From: Vicinamibacterales bacterium
GTDB lineage: Bacteria; Acidobacteriota; Vicinamibacteria; Vicinamibacterales; SCN-69-37
DNA: 57,251 nt
Direction of reading: 5' to 3'
NCBI GenBank assembly: GCA_036274235.1
Contig: DASUGC010000226.1
Span: 1 to 57,251, forward strand
Notes under the pieces: model-generated
Database searches by the model: none
Told to the model about the DNA's origin: nothing
Seen by the model: the letters and a program-made list of their open reading frames with translations, nothing else
In this document: positions 51,716 to 57,251 of the stretch, piece by piece
Layout: every line of letters begins with the position of its first letter
Position numbering within the stretch: the first letter of the stretch is position 1
Position numbers and translations under genes: made by a program

Positions 51716-54700
51716 CTACAAGGTGATCGTGTCCTGTGCGAGCACGTGTCTGGCATCGGCCAGGTCGCGCGTCTCCGTGTTCTCCGGCAGCGCCGCCATG
51801 ACATCGCGCAGGATCTGCGCCGCGTGCGGTGCGCCGATTCTCGCGAGGCTCGTGGCGGCGCGCAGTTCGAACAGGCGCGCGCCCTGCCGCCGGGCCGTGT
51901 CCAGCGCGCGCTGGAACAGCAACTCGACCGCGGCCGCATCGGCCGTCGTCGGGGTGCCGGATCCGGCTGTGGCGCGCCTCCACTGGATCTCGCCTTCGAG
52001 CCGATCGATCTCGGCCGACGCGATGACTTCGCCGCCCTGCGACGCCAGGCGCCTGGCGTCCTCGAGCCGCTCCAGCGCGCGATCGAAATCGCCCTGCATC
52101 ATGTGCGCGTCGGCCAGCTGGGTCAGGAAGTACGGCACCACCATGCCGGTCCCGACGCCGCGGTACATGCCGAGCGCCTGATCCATCTGCGCGATGCCCG
52201 CGTCAATCTGTCCGGCGTCCGCCTGGCCCCGGCCGGCGAAAATCATGCCCCACAGCAGCCACCAGCCCAGCGCCTGTGCCTGCGACAGCGCCATCGTCTC
52301 GGCCGCGCGCTGCGCCATCGCGCCCGGATCGCGGCGATACGAATGGAACCAGGCCGCACAGCCCAGCGCGTACGCCTGGCTGAACGGATGCTTGAGCTCG
52401 TCCGCCAATCGGACCGCGTCGGCGGAGGCGGCGACGGCTTGCGTGATGTCGCCCTGAAGATAACGGACCATCGCGGCCACCGATCGCGACGTGACGCCGA
52501 CGTCCTGGCAGCTCAGGAAGCAGTTGGCGTGATGGCGCGCCGGCACGTAGTTGGCCACCGCGCGATCGAGATGCGTTCGGGCGCGCGGCAGATCGCCCAT
52601 GTAGTAATGACTCAGCCCGAGCGAGAAATCCGATTCGATTTCCAGCGACTCGTCCTCCCGCGCCCGCGCGAACTGCATCATGCGCTCCGCGAACGTCAGG
52701 CCCTGCGTCTGATCGCCCTTGACCAGATAGAACGCCCACAGCCCCCACAGCACCCAGAACAGCGACGGGCTGTCGCCCACGCGCTTGCTGAGGGCATGCG
52801 CGCGCGAATACGCGTCTGCCACTTCAGGCGCGGCCCATCCTTTCTGGATCGTGAGCGCCGTGCCGAGCGTCGAGAGGATGTCCAGCTCGATCCGATCGCG
52901 CGCCATCGACGCCGGCACCGCGGCAAGCTGGTCCAGCCCGTGCTGCAGATGGCTCGCTGCTTCCGCGACAGACGACGAAGCGATGGCTTTCTGGCCGGCC
53001 TGCAGCCAGTAGGGCGCGGCGCGAAGCGGCTGGCCGGCCCGCGTCCAGTGCTGGGCGATCCGCTCGGGCTGGCCCTGCGCGTTCATCGCGAACGCGCCCT
53101 CCAGTGCCAGCGCGATCCGCTCGTGGTACTGCTGGCGCGTGCGCTTGAGCAGCGAATCGTAGGCGACGTCCTTGATCAGCTCGTGCTTGATCATGAAGCC
53201 GCTGCCCGTCGCGAACACCAGGCCGGCATCGAGCAACTGCTGCAATCCAGTGCGAATCGTTGCCGCCTCGTCCGGCAGCACCTCTACAAGCAACTCGTAC
53301 GCGAACTCGCGGCCGACGGTGGACCCGAGCTGCATCACCATGCGCGCCTCGGCCTCCATCCGATCCAGGCGCGCGCGCAGCAGATCCTGCAGCCGCGTCG
53401 GCACGGACGCGTCGGGCATCGGGCCCGTCAGGACATAGGCGCCCTCGCGTTCCACAAGCCATCCCGACTCGAGCAGCATGCGCGTCATCTCTTCGACGAA
53501 CAGCGGGTTGCCGTCGCTCTTTTTCACGAGCAGCGTCAGCACTTCACGCGGCAGCTGTTTGCCCCTGGTGACGTTGGCGATCAGCCGTTCGGTGTCGGCA
53601 GGCGACAGGTCGCTGACCGTCAGCGAGACCAGCGAGTCGCGCGGCGGCCATGGCGCATGAAACGTCGGCCGCGCCGACAGCAGCACGAGCAGCCGCGATC
53701 CCTGAAGACGCTCCAGCAGCGCTCCCACCAGTTCCAGCGTCGTCGGATCCACCCAGTGCGCGTCTTCGATGACGAGCAGCGTCGGCCGCCGCTCGGCTGG
53801 CGCCAGCACGAGCGTCAGCAGGACCTCCAGCGTGCGCTGCTTCTGCGTGAGCGGGTGCAGCGCGATCGGTGTGTAGCCCGCGTCCGGAGGAATCCCCAGC
53901 AGATGCGCGACGAGCGGTAACGCGCCGTCGACGTCGGCATGATGCTCCATCAGATGCGCGCGGACGCGCTCGAGCCTGTTGCGCGGGTCGGGCTCGTCAT
54001 TCAGGCGCAGCCGCGTTCGCAGCATGTCGCTGAACGGGTACAGCGCGCTGCTGGCGTGGTACGGCGAGCCAAAGCACTCGATCTCGTAGTGCGGCTCGGA
54101 CGTCAGGCCTTCTCGAAACACCTGAAGCAAACGTGACTTGCCCACCCCGGCTTCGCCGGTGACGACCACCATCCGGCCCGATCCGTTGACTGCGTCTTTC
54201 CAGGCCGCGGTGAGCGCCGCCAGGACCGGCTCCCGGCCGACGTAGCCCGTCCTGTACGACTGCGGCTTCCGGCCTCGCCGCTCGTCGGCGCCGGCCGCTT
54301 CGACGACGCGGAACACCTCGATGGGGTCGGTGACACCTTTAAAGACCTGTGGCCCCAGGCGTTCGGTCCGGAAGTGATCGCGGACCAATTCGAACGTACT
54401 GGCGCTGATGACGACCGTGTTGGGTTTGGCGAGCGCCTGCACGCGCGCGGCGACGTTGGGTGTATCGCCCATCGCCAGACGTTCCGTACGATTCACGCCG
54501 CCGACGTCGCCCACCACGGCCAGACCGGTGTGGATGCCGATCCGTACGGCCAGGCACAACGATTGATCCGTGCTGAGCCGTGCGTTCAGCGCGCTGACGG
54601 CTTCCACAATGTCCAGCCCCGCCTGCACCGCCCGCCGCCCGTCGTCTTCGTGCGCCACCGGGAATCCGAAGTAGACCAGGATCCCATCGCCGTAGTACTG

Positions 54701-55078
54701 AGCCGTCGTGCCTTCATGCCGCCCGACCGCGGCCGCCGCGGCTTCGCGATAGGCGCCGACGACATCGCGCAGATCTTCGGGATCGATCGAGCGGGACAGT
54801 TCCGTGGAGCCCACGAGATCGCAGAACAGGAACGTCATGTGCCGGCGTTCGATTGCCGACGTGATGGTCACGGACGTCGATGTATCGGTTCTAGCGGGCG
54901 CCGGCCGTGAAGGAGGCGGCGGCGCTGCCGTGAGCGGCGTGCCGCACTGGGAGCAGAAGCGGGCATCCGGTGAGGCCTCGGCGCCGCACGATGGGCAGCG
55001 GGGGACCAGCGCGGTGCCGCACTGAGCGCAGAATCGGGCGCCCGGCGCGCTGAGCGCTTCGCACTGCGGGCAGTTCAT
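51716..55078 (-). CDS. Double zinc-ribbon + class III adenylate/guanylate cyclase + AAA/STAND ATPase + TPR protein
   Basis: ATG at 55078 (MNCPQCEAL…CPSCGAE…). Cyclase motifs FLFCDLVGSTELS and GDGILVYFG. P-loop GEAGVGKSRL. There is a long TPR-like C-terminus. About 1120 aa. Confidence 0.9.
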   Translation of the reverse strand: MNCPQCEALSAPGARFCAQCGTALVPRCPSCGAEASPDARFCSQCGTPLTAAPPPPSRPAPARTDTSTSVTITSAIERRHMTFLFCDLVGSTELSRSIDPEDLRDVVGAYREAAAAAVGRHEGTTAQYYGDGILVYFGFPVAHEDDGRRAVQAGLDIVEAVSALNARLSTDQSLCLAVRIGIHTGLAVVGDVGGVNRTERLAMGDTPNVAARVQALAKPNTVVISASTFELVRDHFRTERLGPQVFKGVTDPIEVFRVVEAAGADERRGRKPQSYRTGYVGREPVLAALTAAWKDAVNGSGRMVVVTGEAGVGKSRLLQVFREGLTSEPHYEIECFGSPYHASSALYPFSDMLRTRLRLNDEPDPRNRLERVRAHLMEHHADVDGALPLVAHLLGIPPDAGYTPIALHPLTQKQRTLEVLLTLVLAPAERRPTLLVIEDAHWVDPTTLELVGALLERLQGSRLLVLLSARPTFHAPWPPRDSLVSLTVSDLSPADTERLIANVTRGKQLPREVLTLLVKKSDGNPLFVEEMTRMLLESGWLVEREGAYVLTGPMPDASVPTRLQDLLRARLDRMEAEARMVMQLGSTVGREFAYELLVEVLPDEAATIRTGLQQLLDAGLVFATGSGFMIKHELIKDVAYDSLLKRTRQQYHERIALALEGAFAMNAQGQPERIAQHWTRAGQPLRAAPYWLQAGQKAIASSSVAEAASHLQHGLDQLAAVPASMARDRIELDILSTLGTALTIQKGWAAPEVADAYSRAHALSKRVGDSPSLFWVLWGLWAFYLVKGDQTQGLTFAERMMQFARAREDESLEIESDFSLGLSHYYMGDLPRARTHLDRAVANYVPARHHANCFLSCQDVGVTSRSVAAMVRYLQGDITQAVAASADAVRLADELKHPFSQAYALGCAAWFHSYRRDPGAMAQRAAETMALSQAQALGWWLLWGMIFAGRGQADAGQIDAGIAQMDQALGMYRGVGTGMVVPYFLTQLADAHMMQGDFDRALERLEDARRLASQGGEVIASAEIDRLEGEIQWRRATAGSGTPTTADAAAVELLFQRALDTARRQGARLFELRAATSLARIGAPHAAQILRDVMAALPENTETRDLADARHVLAQDTITL

Positions 55079-55899
55079 GCGCGTGGGGCGGGCAGCAGCG
55101 GCAGATCGCGCGCCCGCACGCGCGGCCATTCATGGTGCCGCTCGTGCTCGGTCAGGATGAGAAGCGGCTCGCGGCCGAAGAGGATGCCGGCCAGTCGCAC
55201 CACCCCATGCGGAACCGGGAGAGGAAAGGTGCCGACGTGACCGTCGAGGCTGTGCAGCACGTGATGAAACACGAAGCTGGCGAAGCCCACGCTGAGGCGG
55301 AGCGCGAACCAGTACACGAGGAACGCCGCCGGATTGATCGCGGCCACGATCACGAAAGCGGCGCAGCGAATGGCCATTTCGACGGCAAGGGCGCGGCTCA
55401 GGCCGTGCGTACGAATCCACGTGGCCAGCGCGTGCTCCGGCGAAATCATCGCCATGCCGAACGCGCGCCAGGGTCCGCCGATGATTTGATACCGCTCGGG
55501 ATCGCGATCGGTCGAGGCGAACCGGTGGTGGGCAAAGTGAATCGCCCGATGTTCCCGGTACCCGAGGCCGATTGGCGTCTCCAGGATCATCGTCAGCCGG
55601 TGAAACGCCGGAACTTCCTGTGCCGACGCCGCGTGCAGCAATTCATGGAGCGCCAGCGCCAGCCGCAGATAGATGAGCGGCACCGCGACCAGAAGCAGCC
55701 AGGCAGGCAGCAGGCGGGCGAGCGCAAGGCCGAGAGCCAGGTACAGCAGGGACACAAGACCGAGCGTGAGGCGCACGTAGTGCCGCGCGTCGGTCCGATC
55801 GCGGAGCAGGGCGGCCGGTGGCGAGAACGTGCGGGCCGCTGACGCCAGCAGCGGCGTGTCATCCAGCGTGGAATCTCCTGTGCAAATCTCCCTCCTCAT
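55075..55899 (-). CDS. Fatty-acid-desaturase-like di-iron membrane protein
   Basis: Histidine boxes HELLH, HFAHHRF, HHVLH and HERHH. 274 aa. ATGA overlap with the downstream cyclase gene. Confidence 0.8.
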   Translation of the reverse strand: MRREICTGDSTLDDTPLLASAARTFSPPAALLRDRTDARHYVRLTLGLVSLLYLALGLALARLLPAWLLLVAVPLIYLRLALALHELLHAASAQEVPAFHRLTMILETPIGLGYREHRAIHFAHHRFASTDRDPERYQIIGGPWRAFGMAMISPEHALATWIRTHGLSRALAVEMAIRCAAFVIVAAINPAAFLVYWFALRLSVGFASFVFHHVLHSLDGHVGTFPLPVPHGVVRLAGILFGREPLLILTEHERHHEWPRVRARDLPLLPAPRA

Positions 55900-55922
55900 C
55901 GCTGCGACCTCAGACGAAAACC

Positions 55923-55967
55923 GCTAGAGCCGTTTTCGGCTCAACGATGCACGAAAACGGCTCTAGC
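55923..55967. promoter_or_regulatory. Perfect 16-bp inverted repeat in a divergent promoter region (operator or RNA hairpin)
   Basis: GCTAGAGCCGTTTTCG (55923-38) and CGAAAACGGCTCTAGC (55952-67) are separated by 13 nt. An extra ACGAAAAC copy at 55914-21 can pair with 55932-38. The right arm ends 8 nt before the ATG at 55976. Confidence 0.6.
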
Positions 55968-55975
55968 ATACAGCG

Positions 55976-57085
55976 ATGGCGCGCGTGGCGATCGTCGGTG
56001 CGGGTCCAGCCGGATCGTCGGCGGCCTGGCACCTGGCGAAGCGGGGGCAGCAGGTGGACCTGATCGATCGATCGGTGTTCCCGCGCGCCAAGACGTGCGG
56101 CGACTGGATTCCGCTCAACGCGGTCGAGGAACTCGCGGCGCTGGAGCTCGGGCGCATTGCCGCGGACGCCAACGCGGCCGATTGCGCGACCATCACGCGG
56201 ACGACGATCGGTGCACCGGGCGGGCGAATGTCTCACGCCACGTCGCGTGCGCCCGCGTTCTGCATGCCGCGCCTGACGTTCGATGCCATTCTCTGGCGGC
56301 ACGCGATTGACGCCGGGTGCCGGCCGATCCAGCGCATGGTTCGTGATCCCGCGGCTCTCAACGCTGACTATGACGTGGTCATTGACGCACGCGGAGCGGC
56401 GGCGGGTGCGGCAAACGCCGTGGCCCTGCGCGCGTACTGGACTGTGCCACGGAGTGTGCTCGCGCCGGGTGAAGAGGCGACGGTACAAATCCACACGGAC
56501 ACGCGATTCGAGCGCGGCTACGGCTGGATGTTTCCCGTCGGATCCGACAACGGCCAGGTGCGCATGAATGTCGGTGTGGGGCTGTGGGCCGACGACAGTG
56601 TGCGAGGACACAGCGTCGCGGATTTCCACGATCGGTTCCTGGCGACCAATGCCGTGCTCGCCCGATGGATGCCGAAATCGAGTCGGGAGCGGCCGGTCGG
56701 CTGTCATGTCGGTCTTGGCATCGGCGCGAATCCCGTCGCGGGCGCGGGCGTGCTCCGCATCGGGGATGCCGCGAACCTTGCCGATCCGCTGACGGGCGAC
56801 GGCATCGCCAATGCGCTCAGGAGCGGGCGGCTCGTCGCCGGGGCCGTCGCGGATTCCACGGATCGCCGCGCGGCCGCCGTCGCCTGGCAGGCTCGCCACG
56901 ACGAATCATTCGTGCCCGAGTTCACGAGGGCGCTTCGTCTTCAGCGGCTGCTCGCGGGAACGGCGTCCAAAAATCTGACTTCGGCAATCCTCGCGATCAT
57001 GCCGCCGCTGCGATCGCGCGTGCATGCGGCGGTGTTCGGCGAGATGACATATGGGGAAATGATGGGAACGACGAGAACGACGTGA
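55976..57085 (+). CDS. FAD-dependent oxidoreductase, geranylgeranyl-reductase family
   Basis: MARVAIVGAGPAGSSAAWHLAKRG and KTCGDWI, with a later GDAANLADPLTGDGI motif. The C-terminal …MMGTTRTT* is read from the 9-bp repeat. Confidence 0.85.
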   Translation: MARVAIVGAGPAGSSAAWHLAKRGQQVDLIDRSVFPRAKTCGDWIPLNAVEELAALELGRIAADANAADCATITRTTIGAPGGRMSHATSRAPAFCMPRLTFDAILWRHAIDAGCRPIQRMVRDPAALNADYDVVIDARGAAAGAANAVALRAYWTVPRSVLAPGEEATVQIHTDTRFERGYGWMFPVGSDNGQVRMNVGVGLWADDSVRGHSVADFHDRFLATNAVLARWMPKSSRERPVGCHVGLGIGANPVAGAGVLRIGDAANLADPLTGDGIANALRSGRLVAGAVADSTDRRAAAVAWQARHDESFVPEFTRALRLQRLLAGTASKNLTSAILAIMPPLRSRVHAAVFGEMTYGEMMGTTRTT

Positions 57086-57153
57086 GCGACGAGAACGACG
57101 GGAACTGTAGGAACTTGTTAAGAACGGTCGTTTTCCTCGTTCTCGTCGTTGCT
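57064..57153. repeat. 9-bp repeat array (GRGAACGAC) followed by inverted units (GTCGTTNNC)
   Basis: Units are GGGAACGAC GAGAACGAC GTGAGCGAC GAGAACGAC GGGAACTGT AGGAACTTG TTAAGAACG, then GTCGTTTTC CTCGTTCTC GTCGTTGCT. The array starts inside the CDS; the stop is at 57083-85. Confidence 0.9.
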
Positions 57154-57156
57154 AGA

Positions 57157-57251
57157 ATGACGCCGCCCATGACCTCCCGCTGGTCCGACGCGACCCTGGC
57201 CGCAGCCCGCCTCGAAGGCGATCCCGACGCCGACGCGATTATCGAACGCAT
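57157..57251 (+). CDS. 5' fragment of an unidentified gene running off the window
   Basis: ATG at 57157, or at 57169 (MTSRWSDATLAAARLEGDPDADAIIER…). The frame is open to the window end. It is too short to assign. Confidence 0.3.
   Translation, partial: MTPPMTSRWSDATLAAARLEGDPDADAIIER

Overview
This is a 57.25-kb, visibly GC-rich (not computed), gene-dense chromosomal window. I call about 48 protein-coding genes. I saw no rRNA, tRNA, CRISPR array, transposase or integrase. All calls were made by eye from the supplied ORF translations and the raw sequence; no BLAST, HMM or folding was run.

Gene content suggests an Acidobacteriota-type genome: an ADOP-type duplicated FtsX/MacB permease, CarboxypepD_reg proteins, PQQ-like propellers, a Ser/Thr kinase with TPR repeats and a STAND adenylate cyclase.

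Main blocks:
- A CoA-ester set with divergent neighbours: MaoC hydratase, family III CoA-transferase and acyl-CoA dehydrogenase, divergent from a ThDP enzyme and an aldehyde dehydrogenase. A PrpD-like gene and a CitE-like lyase lie nearby.
- A Phd/PIN toxin-antitoxin pair.
- Housekeeping and transport genes: pssA, a ClC channel, M3 and S9 peptidases, and two ABC systems.
- A tightly coupled six-gene operon (30296-38436) that looks like the aerobic aryl-CoA (2-aminobenzoyl-CoA or salicylyl-CoA) hybrid pathway. Its aryl-CoA ligase is fused to RidA.
- A signalling corner: kinase, zinc-ribbon/cyclase/STAND protein coupled to a membrane desaturase, and a geranylgeranyl-reductase-like flavoprotein.

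The most unusual signals are at the DNA level rather than in any gene system:
1. A perfect 28-bp inverted repeat (94-bp palindromic element) sits in frame in the interdomain linker of the bifunctional monooxygenase/reductase. Its arm is 18/19 identical to an intergenic hairpin 4.7 kb upstream.
2. A recurrent class of short-period (7, 8 or 9 bp) degenerate tandem arrays, often arranged as inverted sets forming long imperfect hairpins. All but two (the window-edge block at 1-49 and an internal in-frame copy at 1483-1527) sit at or just beyond gene 3' ends, some share units between loci about 48 kb apart, and several run into coding sequence.

I did not find a clear novel multi-gene defence or mobile system.
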